DNA from: the human T2T-CHM13v2.0 reference genome, Homo sapiens
Length of the DNA: 64,000 bases
Direction: 5' to 3' (one strand)
NCBI RefSeq assembly: GCF_009914755.1
Contig: NC_060930.1
The notes under the pieces were generated by a model, which was given only the letters and a program-made list of their open reading frames with translations, ran no database searches and had not been told where the DNA came from. Each line of letters opens with the position of its first letter. The stretch's first letter is position 1. Both the position numbers and the translations under genes were made by a program. Shown piece after piece: positions 13,007 through 26,983 of the stretch.

Positions 13007-13265
13007 TGTGGTGGGGAGGGGATTTGGGAAAGGGGTGTGGGTTGGAAGGATACCTATCCAGGTACTGTGCTCACTACCTGGGTTGGAAGGATACCTGTCC
13101 AGGTACTTGCTCACTACCTGGGTTGGAAGTGTACCTATCCAGGTACTGTGCTCACTACCTTGGTAACAGGATCATTTGCAACCAAGCCCCAACAACACGC
13201 AATTTACCCACGCAAAAAACCTGTACACGTGTCCTTTGAACCTAAAATAAATGTAGAAAAACAAG
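13007..13265 (+). mobile_element. Short L1PA15/16-like 3'UTR fragment with internal triplication
   Basis: TACCTATCCAGGTACTGTGCTCACTACC...ACACGCAATTTACCCA...GAACCTAAAATAAA, then an A-rich tail. Confidence 0.75.
13038..13159. repeat. Minisatellite, 3 x 40-41 bp
   Basis: TGGGTTGGAAGGATACCTATCCAGGTACTGTGCTCACTACC starting at 13038, 13079 and 13119. Confidence 0.95.
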
Positions 13266-14107
13266 AAACTGAAAAAAATAAAATTATTCTACACCATTAT
13301 TGACCAAAGAAAATGAAATAGATATAGGTTATTTAATTTTTAAAATACTGACATTTATAAAAATTATTCTCAATTTTTTTCAACTTGAAATGCTGCAGGT
13401 AATATTCATAAGTCTGCCTTTTATATATTTCTATCTCAATGAAAGAGTAACTTTTATGTTACTGTTAAAACAACAATATTAGAATACACAAATTTAAATA
13501 ATAATATGTATAGATTCATAGCAGATGTCCACTGCTCTATGACTTTGCCTTGAATGCATAATTCTAGCTTTTAAATCATTAAAGAAAACAATGAAATAGG
13601 CATCATTGTAGCTCTTGTGAAATGTAAATGTAGATCTACTCTTTATCTCTTCTTTGTCCATCATTTTCTTCTTTTTCATTTACATATCATCTATAATATC
13701 CATTCTATAAAAATGAAAATAAGAACAGGATGAAGACTCATAATATCTTAATAGCTGATAATCTGAGTTGCTAACATCATAGGCTATGGTATGATGAAAT
13801 TTGTATAGGTCCTTGTAAATTCCATCTCCATGGTATTACACTGAAGTAAACATATAAAAAGCGAGTGAAAGTGGCATTATTTATTATTCTGGAGATAAAC
13901 TCTAATCTCTTTTAATTTAGACATTTTAAAAGACATATATGTTTTTAGTCATATGTGCATTTCTTAGGACCCATTTCTTTAGTAAGAGCTTTTAAAATTT
14001 ACTCTTTCAAAATTCTTATGGATTTTTTGTATTATTTTACCAAAGTTTAAAGGCATGAATGTATTACTATCAGACCTAGATGGCACAAACCCTAACAAAC
14101 CTCCCTC

Positions 14108-14392
14108 CCAAACCAAACCAAACCAAACCAAACCATTTTCCTTTTCCTTCCTTCCTTCCTTCTTCTCTCCCTTGTTTCCTCCCTCCCTCCCTCCCTCTAG
14201 CCCTCTCTTCCTCCCTTCCTTTCTCTTTCTTTCTCCCCCCCCTTTCTCCTTCCCTCCCTTCCTTCCTTCCTTCTTTCCTTCTTCTCTCCCTTGTTTCCTC
14301 CCTCCCTCCCTCTAGCCCTCTCTTCCTCCCTTCCTTTCTCTTTCTCCCCCTCCCTCCCTCCCTCCCTCCCTCCCTTCCTTCCTTCCTTCTTT
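14108..14392. repeat. (CCAAA)n followed by a ~255-bp polypyrimidine low-complexity tract
   Basis: Seen directly; CCTT/CCCT units with only six purines in 14136-14392. Confidence 0.95.
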
Positions 14393-14859
14393 GGCTTATA
14401 AAGCCAAAGCAAAGATAGTAAAATTTCATAAAAATAAGATAAAAGAAACAATGACTTTGTACAACTTATATAGGGACCTGGAAAGGGGTATTAATTTTGG
14501 GATAGGTAAAATTATTCAATGTCATATTATTTGATCAAAGTAATTAACTGACAAAACTAGTGTCCAATGATATAAGTATCCTAAAATTTTTTGAACTATA
14601 TTTTCACCGCTTTTTTATATATTTCTACAATTCCTATCAAGAAGTCCAGCAAAGCATTGACATTAAATCTTCATACTGAGCATAATCAAATTTGCTTTTT
14701 TTATTATACACGAAATATTAGATGATAAACTATTGTTAAAATAACAGTGACAGTAGCAATTATTATCGTATTACATATTTGTTAATTCTTAAAAATTTAT
14801 ATTTTTAAAAAGCAGATTGTTTTACATTTTCTTATGTTATCTGAACACGACCACTGTTT

Positions 14860-15740
14860 CTTTCAACCTAAATCACTCCCTTCCCTCTAATAATCCACAT
14901 CATAATTCTCATTAATATGTGTTCTTATGATCCTCAATTTTCATATAGTCATATACAGATAGACATATGTATAATATACTTTTCACATACACGAATACAT
15001 ATTTTTCTTCTTTTAATGCTAAAAATAAGATATTATTTTAAGAAATATTATCCTACTTTTCTACATCTTGGCTTCCTTACTCAACAATATCATATTGAAA
15101 TGCTGATATATTGAATCTAATATGTTCCAATTAATATATTTTCATGTCTGTATAATATTATGTTTAGATATGTTTCTAAACATATCTAGTGATCATATTA
15201 GTGATTCCTCAAAGTGAGTGAAAACATTTATTTGCCCCTTATTTATTATAAATTATATTGTGATACACATCTTTGGTATACACAATTTTACATACTTGGT
15301 TTTATTATTACGAGATGTACCCACAGTTGCACAATTGCTCTGTTGAAAGCATATGGAATAATTAATTTTAATGGATTCTGGTACAGTCTTAAACATATCA
15401 CTTACCAATACATCTTCACATCCCAACCAACAATAAGTATGTTTGTACTTCTTTCTAAATTTTTGCTAGTTAAATGGATATAAATAAAGTAGGTATTAGA
15501 TTTTTCATTGTTAGTTTATATTTGTCTTATAGATCTAAATTCACAGTCTATAAAATGTATCATAAATGTGTTTTTCAAATTCAGCTGTTGTCTGTTGACT
15601 TTATTTAATGTAACTTTTGGTGTAAAATTTTAAAAATCTGCTTCCCGGACATAATCTTCTGGATTTTCTTTATTAGTTGAAAATACATAACCTTTATCTA
15701 AGTTGTATGTACTTCCCATAAAATGTCTTACAATTTTTTT
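14860..15740 (-). mobile_element. Highly decayed L1ME-like fragment
   Basis: Weak antisense L1 3'-region motifs (TTGGCTTCCTTACTCAACAATAT; TTGTCTGTTGACTTTATTTAATG). Confidence 0.4.
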
Positions 15741-15975
15741 CTATATAAAAAAGCAGATGTTAAGACTGCTTCCCAAATTTGTATTTATTATGCTATGGTA
15801 TAAATCTGAATAAATCCTTAACCTGTTTAGTCTTAGTTTCATTATTTGTAAAATAGAGATGATGATAAATATCTCAATGTTATTATAAAAATCAGTTTTA
15901 TTTAAAGATCAAATGTTATAATATATGTAAATAAATCACATGGTAGACTGTAAACACTACTATATAAATGTCAAT
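15740..15975 (+). mobile_element. MIR SINE
   Basis: Core CTTAACCTGTTTAGTCTTAGTTTCATTATTTGTAAAATAGAGATGATGATA. Confidence 0.65.
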
Positions 15976-17814
15976 TATTTTAATAAAGTAACAGGAAAAA
16001 TATAAAAAATCATAAATAATTTTAAAGTATGTTTTTCAACTTTTATGCAGAAACCATGAAATTATAGTATAATTTTAGAAGACATTTTAGTCCCTAATAT
16101 ATTTCCTGATAAACCTGGATTTTTCTGCATAAGGATTTATGTTTTGTTTGAGTTGTTACAAAGTTATAACTTTAAAATCTAGTTTACTTTGTATAAATTT
16201 ATTATCTCATTTAAAAATATTCTAGGTCGCTTCAGTGTTCTCAGGCAGTGGTAAATGAGTTAATGATATATTTGCTTAAGAAGAATTTCCTGTTTTCTGT
16301 TTTGGATACTTTGCTTTTTTGCAGTTTGCCTCTAATTTTATGAGAAAGTTGCATGGGGAAAAATGTGACAGTATAAGGCTATGCACAAAAATACCTTTGG
16401 AATAAACTATCTATCTTTAAATAATTAAAATTTGTATTCAGGAAGCAAATATTTAAGAGGAGAGTCAAGCATAGTTTGTTTGAATTAATAAAAAGATCAA
16501 TGCTTCTAGTCATAAAACCAGCAACACCCCCTCTGTTACTTCATTCATGTTTTCTTATTGACTGATCAAAATCAGCCAAGGAAATCTATTACAAATAATC
16601 TTGTGGTGAAGTTTTTGTCTTCTTAGGGTGGGAATTATAATTTGGCATTCATCTATTCGATTTTGGAATACCTCCCCTCCTGCCTGATATACCCAGAGAT
16701 CAAATTCCTATATAAACTCTTAAAACCCCCTTATCCAGACACATGCTATTTCCTTGGCCTGGATTTTTCTTTCCTGCCCTGCTTTGCTTAAACATTCTTA
16801 TTCTTTTTTTTTTCCTTCTGATCCCTACTGTAACATCAGCTTCTACATGACATCTTCAGAAGTTTTCTACCCTTAACCATGGCTCATTCCTCTCTGTTTC
16901 ATGCTTCCTTGCCTTTCATATTTAGCTAAGTTATAGCCTTTAGGTATAACTAGTGAAAAATAATTTTTTGGTTTGAGAAGTAATACTTGTACAGGCTATT
17001 TTCTTCTCCATGAGTGAACTTTATATAGGAGCAGCCACACATATAGTATCAAATAAAGACAGATAAATCTGAATACTCCTTTTCTTCCTCTGCAAACCAA
17101 TGGAATAGTAGAATAAAAATAGGAAGCTTTCAAGTCAAATAGGAGAGTTGAGATTTTCATTTTTGACCACCCTATGCACAATAGGGTAACGATGGCTGAG
17201 AAGGGGCAGGATGTGCTGTCCCTACAGCAATTGCTCTGAAGAAAGATGGAATCTGTTCATTAAGTGCATTAATAAGTAAGAGAACTTCCAACAACAGGGC
17301 TCAGAATGCAAAATAGCAGTAATGTGGCCAAAGATGAGACTTGTTGCTTTGACTTGCTTTGTTAAGAGGCCTTAATTAACTTTCCCTCTCCCCACAGAGT
17401 CTGACTCTCATTGGGAAAGTGATCAGGCAGGCAGAGCCCAGTCCATCTGCTTGTTTCAAGGGTGGCCAGAGGCGTACAGAAAAATTTGCATATTGAGGTT
17501 CTTTCTTCAAGTAACAATACCATTTTTTTAAAGTTACTCTTAAGGCCAAATATATTTACATTTTAAACCATCAGCAAAGAAATCTTCATACAAGCCATAA
17601 TAAATTTTATGGCTTGTTCAAAGTTCTTCTACTTTAAAAGAAAGTCTAGTGATTAAAATAATAAAAAATATTTTATTTATTTTTTGGACTCAGGAGAATC
17701 TCAGAGGGAGAGGATACACCAAAAAACTTCATAGCAAAACACCTTCTTGTTCTTCATTTTAAAACTATTTACTTGGTCGTACATTTCCTTCTCTAACCCA
17801 GGAGCTCCTTGAGG

Positions 17815-17945
17815 TCAGTGGAATGGAATGAAAAACACATGGACTTTGCTACGACTTGACCATATGTTTAACTACTGGCTATGTGACCTTGGGCAAGTTA
17901 TTTAACTTTTTGAGCTTTGTTTTTGTTTAATCTGTAAAACCTACT
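17815..17945 (+). mobile_element. MIR SINE fragment
   Basis: Core CTATGTGACCTTGGGCAAGTTATTTAAC...ATCTGTAAAA. Confidence 0.75.
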
Positions 17946-19284
17946 GGAAATTATTCTGCATGAGCTCCAACATATGAGACATATGGTACATATTTATGGA
18001 GTGAATTAATGTAATAATTAATTCATTAATGGTTCTCTGTATGAAAGGATTTACAATGCTATTTACTGGTATCTGTGTGATGGTGGTTATAAATAGACTA
18101 TATTTAAATGTAAAATGTGCTTTATAGAATCATGAGATGATAAAGCTGAAGGTTTAAAGAAATAATTCCAGACCAATTAATCTCAATAGGGAAGGAAGGA
18201 AGGTATTTCAGAAACATCTGGTTCTATGCATGCTAGATTGTCTGAAGAGGGTTTTAGAATTTCATCACAAGTCATATTATATACTTATTTCTCTGCTAGT
18301 GTATTGCATTGCAATATTGTTAATCATTTCTCTCTAGTATCTATATCCAAGTTAAGAACCAATTTTCCAGCCAAATAACCCCATTTACAAAGCATGAGAC
18401 TCAAGGTAGCATGGCGTTTTAGGGCCAGCATGGTCTAACACCAGGCCTTTGATACATAGTGCTTTCCAAACTTTATGGCTTAGGAAATGCCTGAGTTAGA
18501 AAGATGAGGCAAGATCACAGAAGGAGTTAAAATGGAATTGAGAAACAAAATGAAAAGAATGTATTACCTTTAGAAGTAAATTTTTTCTTATTTGAAATTA
18601 ATGTCTGTGATTATTCAATGTTTAGTGAGCTAATGAGTCACAGGACAGAGGAATCATGATACACGGGGTAACTTTGAGTGTTTTGCAATTAGCTGGTGTC
18701 TGTAGGGTGATTAATTAAAAAAAAGTAGGACTAACTTTAAGCCAGGAAGATATGTTTGTAGACAGAGCATGTGGAAAGAGACTGACTTAAAAGGTGTACT
18801 TTTTGGAGCAAGGAAAGGTGGCTGTAAAGACAAATATTGTCAGAGTGCAAGACCTGTGGTTAAGTTCAGATGAGTGAACACATCGCTTTTGCAATCATAG
18901 GAAGGGAGAAGACTAAGCAGTTTTGTTTGAGAAAGAGAAAACAGAATTATTTGTGGAAAGTTTATGAAATAGAGTGAGAGCACTTTTAATGAAATTTTTA
19001 CTACAGAGGTGGGTTTAACTTTTAAGTCTAAAATACAGAAAATGTGTCCTTTTACCAGTTCCATTCCTCATTGGTAGATGTGGTGAAGCATTTTAATAGT
19101 TAAGAACCCGGTGCTTCCCCCAAGTTCCATCAAGTGGGGTGGCTGAAGACAGTAATCATGATTTCATATGTATTGCATTATGTTCATGAACAGGATTGTA
19201 TTTTGTTACTGGTTATGCTAAATTAATGGCATACATTTTCTTATCATTAATTTTGTGGTCTATACTCTCTCAGGCCAGGGAAAG

Positions 19285-19294
19285 GCGCGCACAT

Positions 19295-19338
<44 letters not shown>
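19285..19338. repeat. (CA)n microsatellite with a GCGC head
   Basis: GCGCGCACATGCGCACACAC..., seen directly. Confidence 0.95.
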
Positions 19339-19341
<3 letters not shown>

Positions 19342-19829
19342 AAATCTATCTGTATATTTTCTAAAATGCCTACTGTGAACTCTTTCTCCTATTTTAAATT
19401 TGCACCATGCTCATTTTGATGTATGCAAAGTTGCCAGGGCAATTACTGAAAGCAATTTGATTTTTAAATTTTCTTATCTGACATTACACAAGAAGAGCTG
19501 CCTTATTATTAAACATAAAACTTCACTATTTCTTTACATCTGATGATAAATGATATATCACTGAGAGAAAGTGTGATGATTTTTTGCATTACAAAATTAG
19601 ATGGATTTTAAACTTTTATTCCTAAAAATAAAGTGATTAGATTATAATAATTGTCTCATAAATTTTAGATAACATCTTCAAATGGCAAATCTGTCATTGT
19701 CTGATACATAGCACCCAGATCCTTCTATGGAACAATTAGGAAGCAGGAACTCTTATTTTTTCCCCATTATGTCATCTTGCATGGTTTGAAAATTGGGTGC
19801 TGAATACAGTCCTGTATGTTGGAAACAGG

Positions 19830-19975
19830 ATGAAATAGAAGTTAGAAGAGTCACATGCTATTCTTTTCAGGATTAGACAAACAGCTGTGAAACTTTGGGC
19901 AAATCACTTAAGATCTATGTACTTTAATTACTTATAAAATAAAGGAGTTGTACTAAATGACCCACTTTAGATCTA
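19830..19975 (+). mobile_element. MIR/MIR3 fragment
   Basis: GCTGTGAAACTTTGGGCAAATCACTTAA...TAAAATAAAGGAGTTGTACTAAATGA. Confidence 0.6.
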
Positions 19976-20139
19976 AACCAAGTTATCCTTTGTTACTTAG
20001 GCCAAATTCCCAGGCATCAAACTAAGTAACCTGGTAGTCATTCTAGATGCCAAATCATCACTATGATCTGCTGGTGTTAACTCCTTTTACTTATTCCCGA
20101 AGTACAATAATCTCTCAGTTTCCACAGTTCATTGGTTTA

Positions 20140-20780
20140 GACATTCATCTCTTGCCTGCAATGATTTCTGGTCTGTTTTTCTTCTGCTTCCTTAGTGTTG
20201 CCTTCTCCACCACATCTTTTGCAGTGGAACTTGGGTGATCTCTCTAAAACAGAAAGCTAATGATGTGTCGAAAACAATGTAACAGCCCCACCCACATCCT
20301 TAGCATGCTCTTCAAGACCTTTCATAATCAGTTTTCCTCTACTTCTCTTCCTAGTTTTAATTCTGACCACTCTCTTAGTCTATGACATGATCACTTTGAC
20401 TCCTTTTCTCTGAATGCTCTGCCTTTCACTTTTCTGAAGCTACCAGGGAGGGTATATCTTGACATCTTTGTTGAAGTAGCTTTCACTCCCTGAGCTACCC
20501 TGCTTCATTTGGTGAATCTTAGTAAACAATTTTTCTTTAGGAATTTTCCTTTAACCATCTTAAACGTCAAGGTATTCTTGCCCCCTCCTCACTTCATATC
20601 ACCTCTTCAAAGTAGAATTGCCTTCTCTGCTGTGCCCACTGCTTTGTACTTATGTCACAGCACTTATTTTATTTTATTCCCATATATGTTGTTATGTGTA
20701 ACTATATATAAATTTATACCAGTTTTATATTTATTCTCAACTCCTTGAGAATGAAAGCTGAGTTGTTTGATATTTACATT
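20140..20780 (+). mobile_element. L2 LINE fragment
   Basis: CT-rich L2 motifs (GTGATCTCTCTAAAAC, CCTTAGCATGCTCTTCAAGACCTT, CACAGCACTTATT). Confidence 0.55.
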
Positions 20781-21354
20781 AAAATTAATAAAAACTGCCT
20801 TTGTAAAAGGTAAATCACTCTTTAATTCATAGACAGACTTTGAAGGTGCCATGAACTTATTAATATTTTATTGACTGCATTTTTTATGTTTTTAGAGAAA
20901 ATCATTTTGTGATTTTAATATCTGAGTCTGAGATATTAATATCTGTGTTTTAATATCTGAGTCTGAAAACACAGATAAAATGTACATGGAGGCATGTATC
21001 CAGTGATTTGAAGGAGTAATGTTTCTACTTTGTTTATCTCAATGATCAAGTCTTGTAAAACTTGAGGTAAATTTAGGTTGTTCTAGGGGCTGATATTCAC
21101 TGTGAAACTTCAAAAAATTTTTATATTAGTTGTTAATATAAGAGATCTAATGTTTTCGTGGCTCCTACAATGTACTTGAAGTATATTGTATATGTGATAA
21201 TTTTATGATAAATTTGATTTCTCATGTGTTTTTGCTTAGGAGCTTAGACTCAAACTATCTCCCTGCATTCTTTCTTTGCTTTCTATTTAACATTCATTTT
21301 TTAATCTGTTATAATATTTTTATTGTTTTGGTTGGACTATACATTACCATAACC

Positions 21355-21512
21355 ATTAAAAATATGAAATTCAAATTGAGTGTGTTTATAATTGTACACA
21401 CCAGAATTTGAAGACTAAACAAATTAATGTAAAATATCTCATTAGTACGTTTTAATTAGATTACATGTTAAAATAATATTTTGCATATATATTTTATGTA
21501 AACATTTATTAA
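21355..21512. mobile_element. MER33 (hAT-Charlie) fragment
   Basis: TACACACCAGAATTTGAAGACT...AATGTAAAATATCTCATTA...GATTACATGTTAAAAT resembles the recalled MER33 consensus. Confidence 0.7.
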
Positions 21513-21947
21513 GCCACAATGCTGCTACTCAGCATACCTGTAATTAAGCAAAAATATGCACACACACAAAACATACACACAAAGGGCCTGAATTTCCAGG
21601 AATTTATAGTCTAAGAAGAAAAAAAAATAAAATTTATTGCAATGTGGTAATTCTTAGAATACAAAAGAAGATGCAGAAATCTTTTTTACGGTAGTGTTTT
21701 TGTGGGATTTTGAAGGCCATTCTAATTCTCAAGGCAGAGAAAGGGAAGAAGAAAGAAGGCATTTCTAATATAGGAAAGACTTACATACATGGACTAAAAT
21801 GTAAGAGAATACTACTGTTCAGTAGGCAGTGGTAGAACTTTGAAGCAGAATAGTTCACAGGTGAGTTTATGAAGACCCTTGCTGCTATGCTAAGCAGCAT
21901 TAGAGCCTTATACAGTTTAGAGAAGAAGGGAGTCTTTGAAAATATAT

Positions 21948-24318
21948 TGTATTAGTCCATTTTCACACTTCTCTAAAGATACTGCCTGAGGCTGAGCAAT
22001 TTATAAAGAAAGGAAGTTTAATTGGCTCACAGTTCCATATGACTGGGGAGGTCTCAGGAAACTTAAAATTATGGCAGAAGGCAGAGGAAGCAGGCACCAT
22101 TTTTCACAAAGCTGCAGGAGACAGAGAGAGAGAAAGTACAACACTTTAAAACCATCAGCTCACATGAGAACTCATTATCACGAGAATAGCATGAGAAAAA
22201 CCATGTCCATGATGCCATCACCACCCACCAGGTTCCTCCTTTGAAACATGGGATTACAATTTGACATGGGATTACAATTTGACATGAGATTTGGGTGGGG
22301 ACACAGAGCCAAACCATATCAATCCACTCCTGACCCTCTCAAATCTCATATCCTTTTCACATTTCAAAACCAATCATGCCTTTGCAACAGTCCCCTAAAG
22401 TCTTAACTCATTCTAGCATTAACCCAAAAGTCCAAGTCCAAAGTCTCATATGAGACAAGGCATGGGCCCTCCACCTATGAGCCTGTAAAATCAGAAACCC
22501 TATAGTTACTTCCAAGATAAAATGGGATAATACAGACATCGGGTAAATGCTCCCATTTCAAATGGGAGAAATTGGCCAAAACGAAGGCAGTACAGGTCTG
22601 ATGCAAGTCTGAAATCCAATGGGGTAGTCATTACATCTTAAAGCTCCAGAATAATCTCCTTTGACTCCTTGTCTCACATCCAGGGCATGCTGATGCAAAG
22701 GGAAGGCTCCCAAGGCCTTGGAGAGCTCTATCCCTTTGGCTCTGCAGGGTAAAGCCCCTGTGTCTAATTTCATGGACTGGCATTAAGTGCCTGTGGCTTT
22801 TCCAGGTGCACAGTGCAAGCTGTCAGTGGATCTACTAGTCTGCAGTCTGGAGGACGGTGGTCCTCTTCTCACAGCTCCACTAGGGAGTGCCAAAGAGGGG
22901 ACTTTGTATGGGGAATCCAACCCTTCCACAATGCCCTAGCAGAAGTTCTCCATGAGGGCTCCACCCTTTTATCACACTTCTGCCTGTACATTGAGGCATT
23001 TCCATACATCCTCTGAAATCTAGGCAGAGGCTCCCAAAGCTCAACTCTTCTCTTTTGCACACCAACAGGCCCAACACCACCTGGAAGTCACCAAGGCTTG
23101 GGGCTTGCACCCTCTGATGCCATGGCCCAAGCTGAACCTTAGCTCCTTTTAGCCATGGCTGGAGCTGAAGCAGCTGGGTCAAAAGGCACCAAGTCCCAAA
23201 GCTGTACAGAGCAGCTAGGCCTGGGCCTGGCCCACAAAACCATTTTTTCTCCTAGGCCTCTGGGCCTGTGATGGGAGGGGTTGCCACCAAGGTCTCTGAC
23301 ATGCCCTGAAGACAGTTTTTCCATTGTCTTGGCTAATAACATTCAGCTTCTTGTTACTGAAGCAAATTTCTGCAGCAGCCTTGAATTCTTTCCAAGGAAA
23401 TGGGTATTTATTTTCTACCATATGGTCAGGCTGCAAATTTTCTAAACCTTTATGCTCTGCTTCCCTTTTAAACATAAGTTCCAACTTGAAACCATCTCCT
23501 CATGAATGCATATAACTGAATGCTTTCAGAATAAGTCAAGTCACTTCTTGAATGTTTTGCTGCTTAGGAATGTCTTCTACCAGATACCCTAAATAACCTT
23601 TCTCAAGTTCAAAATTCCACAGATCTCTAGGGCAGGGAAAAAATGCCGCCAGTCTCTTCACTAAAGCATAGCAAGAGTGACCTTTACTCCAGTTCCCAAT
23701 AAGTTCCTCATCGGCCTCTGAAACCATCTCAGCCTGGACTTCATCGTCCATATCACTATGAGCATTTTGGTTAAAACTGTTCAACAAGTCTCTAGGAAGT
23801 TCCCAAATTTCCCATATCGTCCTATCTTCTTCTGAGTCCTCCAAACTGTTCCAACCTCTGCCCATTACCCAGTTGCAAAGATGCTTCCACATTTTTCTGG
23901 TTATCTTTATAACCAGTCAGAGCAGTACCCCACTCTGCCAGTACCAATTCTCTGTATTAATCAGATTTCATACTGCTATGAAGATACTACCTGAAACTGG
24001 GTAATTTATAAAGAAGGGAGGCTTAATTGACTCACAGTTCCACATGGCTGGGGAGGACTCAGGAAACTTAAAATCATGGGAAAAGGTGAAGGGAAGTAAG
24101 GCATGTCTTACCATGGCAAACCAGGAGAGAGAGAGAGAAAGGAAGCACCATACCTTAAAACCATCAGCTCTTGTGAGAACGCATTCACTCTCATGCGAAC
24201 AAAAATGGGGGAAACTGCCCTCATGATCCAATCACCTAAAACCAGGTCCTTCCTGCAACATGTGGAGATTACAATTTGAGGTGAGATTTGGGTGGGGACA
24301 CTGAGCCAAATCGTATTA
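21948..24318 (-). mobile_element. Complete MSTA/THE1D-like MaLR element: LTRs 21948-22321 and 23953-24318 plus internal region
   Basis: Both LTRs run from TGTATTA to a CCAAACCATATCA-like end on +. Minus-strand ORF remnants PRFQRMYGNA and WKHLCNWVMGRGWNSLE. TSD TATAT/TATTT. Confidence 0.92.
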
Positions 24319-24352
24319 TATTTTAATAGAGAAAAGTTAAAAGTGCCTTTTA

Positions 24353-24673
<321 letters not shown>

Positions 24674-25059
24674 TGATTACTGACAACTCAATGCATAGAA
24701 ACTGAAGAAACAAAGAACAATTAAGATATTCTTGCAGTAATTCAAGTGATTTTCCTGAAGGCTTACATTATGACAGTGATGATAGAAAAGGAAACAAAAG
24801 GGACACCTAAGGCATTTTTAAGAAAAAAAAATAAAATTTAGTGGTCCATTAAATGGAGGAGATGGAAGAATATAAAATAATATGTTAGCTTTGGGCTCGG
24901 GAGATTCTCTGGATGTTTGTGCCAGTAAGAAAACAACAGTAAGAAGAAGAATTGGGATTGAAGGGAGAAGAATTTGGTTTGTTTTTGCTAAGTTTGGGAT
25001 GGCTTCAAGGCATATGAGCTATGTGCAGACACAAATGGTAAATACGGGTATGTATCAGT

Positions 25060-25325
25060 TAATATTGTTCATCATGGTTTAATAGAAAATCCACAGTCTA
25101 TGGCTTATGCACATGGTAGCTTATTTTTCTTACACAGCATTCATCTAGAGATGAGGAGCTGCTGTCATTGCTTCAACTGATCAATCATGTTAGGACCAAC
25201 ATCTCTTTTATTAAGTTAGTTTTATTCTCATTCTGTTTGCCCAGTGGTCACAAGATGACTGTTACATCTCTATTCTACACTCATATTTTAAGCAAGATTA
25301 AGAGGAAAATAACAAAATCAGAAAC
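25060..25325. mobile_element. MLT1-type MaLR LTR, first half (second half at about 32090-32180)
   Basis: TGGTCACAAGATGACTG here and CTGCTTATACCTCACTGATCAAAA...GGTCATTCCTTGCTGCAAG at 32112-32168 are consecutive MLT1J/K-like motifs. Confidence 0.5.
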
Positions 25326-26983
25326 AACCCTCAGCACATTGTGATGGAAGCTCCAGGTGCATATGACAAAGAAGATGGGGCTCCCACTGTTCCAAGCTAC
25401 AGTCAAGGACTACAGTACACCTTCAGGCAAAGTATTCCACCAGCATTTCTCATTCTCCCTAGTGCTATGTTGCAAAAACTAACTCCACACAAGTGCATAA
25501 ATTCCACTTATTTCCTTAATCTCACTAGTGAGAAAAAAGCTCTACCTAAGGGACAGTAAACCAAGAATTGTTAGGACTCCAATCACTCTTGCCCCAGTTC
25601 ATGTTTAGAGTTTAGGATCAATGCTGAGAAATGAAAACTCAGAATACTAGAGACTACTGCCCAATCCAGACCCCTTCTCTTGAAAGAGGACGGTTACCCC
25701 AACAGAATTAACTTCCAGTTCTGAAGTGATGCCTCAAAGATTTTGCTCAGGGAGAGAAGCAGACCACAAGAACAGAAAACTACCAAGCTCTTTCCAAAGT
25801 AACTACATTTATTTAGAACAGAGTGCGGGAAAGCTCAAGCCTAAGGTTACTTCTAAAAATAAAAGAGATTTTGGTGGTAAATAATTTGAAAAGGCCAGAA
25901 GCTCCATGAAAAACAAGATCAATTGTAAGCACACTAGTTTAACAGAGAGAACAGGAGGAAAGACAGGAAAAGTCATCCTGAAGTCATAACAAACCTCAAA
26001 GATCAAAATCATTGTCATCAAAGGCATCCATTGCTCAACAGTCTGATTCAATTAAATTGGGTCTCTTCTGTAAGGCATGAAAAATACCTTGCAAAAGAGC
26101 CCCAGTTTAATTGGATCTGTCTGTTGAGCAATGTATGCCTTAAGACATTGTAAAAGCAACAGGGCAAAGGCTGGCATTAGTAGAGGCTACCAACTAGGTA
26201 TGATACCAAAAATAAATAAAAAAGGAGACATGTTGTCGTAGAAAAAGGGAACAAAACAATCAAAGAGAACCCTGTGTCATCCCAGGATGTCTGTGTGCAT
26301 GCCCTGAGCAATGATATCAGAAGTTTCCCACTTTGGGAGAAATTGACTTCGTTGAAATACTGAGTCACTGAGTTAATTACTGAGTAAATACACACACAAA
26401 CAATAACATTAAGCTCCATAGAAAATGTGAGCTGGGCATAGGGGGAAAATTAGGCATCAGAAACTACCTATAAGAAGGCCTAGATGACAGACTTATCAGA
26501 TAAAGGCTTCAAAACAACCATCATAAATATATTGAAAGAGAAAAAGGAAAACATGTTTAAAGAAATTAAAAAAAAATGATGAAAATGTGTTATCAAACAG
26601 AATATGAATAAAATGATAGAAATTATTTTAAAAATTGAAAAGTAAATTTAGAAGTGGGCTTTTATGATAATATAAGTGGAAATTTACTAGAAGGGAATGA
26701 GTATATTTGAACAAGAAGAAAGAATCAACAAACTTGAAGGTAGATTATTAACAGGGATTATTCAATATGAAGAACAGAGAGAAAGTGAATGAAAAATATA
26801 AAAGAGCTTCAGAGGAATGTGGGACGCTATTAAAAGTACCGGAGATACAAGGAAAAAAACAGAGATAGGAAAGGAAGAGATTATAGATAACATTTTATTA
26901 ATGTTTGATGAAAACATCAATCTATACATCCAAGTATCTCAACAAACTCCAAATAGAATACATGTAAAAAAAAAGATCCACAC

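Noticed and set aside
13038-13159. CRISPR-like array (also considered for 30242-30393)
   Set aside because: Head-to-tail tandem copies with no unique spacers and no cas genes, in a primate L1 context.
14055-14451. Pro/Ser/Phe-rich and Arg/Glu/Gly-rich ORFs
   Set aside because: Translations of a stop-free low-complexity CT tract.
17592-17615. Short hairpin AAGCCATAA...TTATGGCTT (also GTGCAACTA-CT-TAGTTGCAC at 33213-33232)
   Set aside because: 9-bp arms can arise by chance in 64 kb of AT-rich DNA; no other support.
22246-22283. 18-bp duplication ACATGGGATTACAATTTG in the MST LTR
   Set aside because: Ordinary slippage duplication with no evident consequence.
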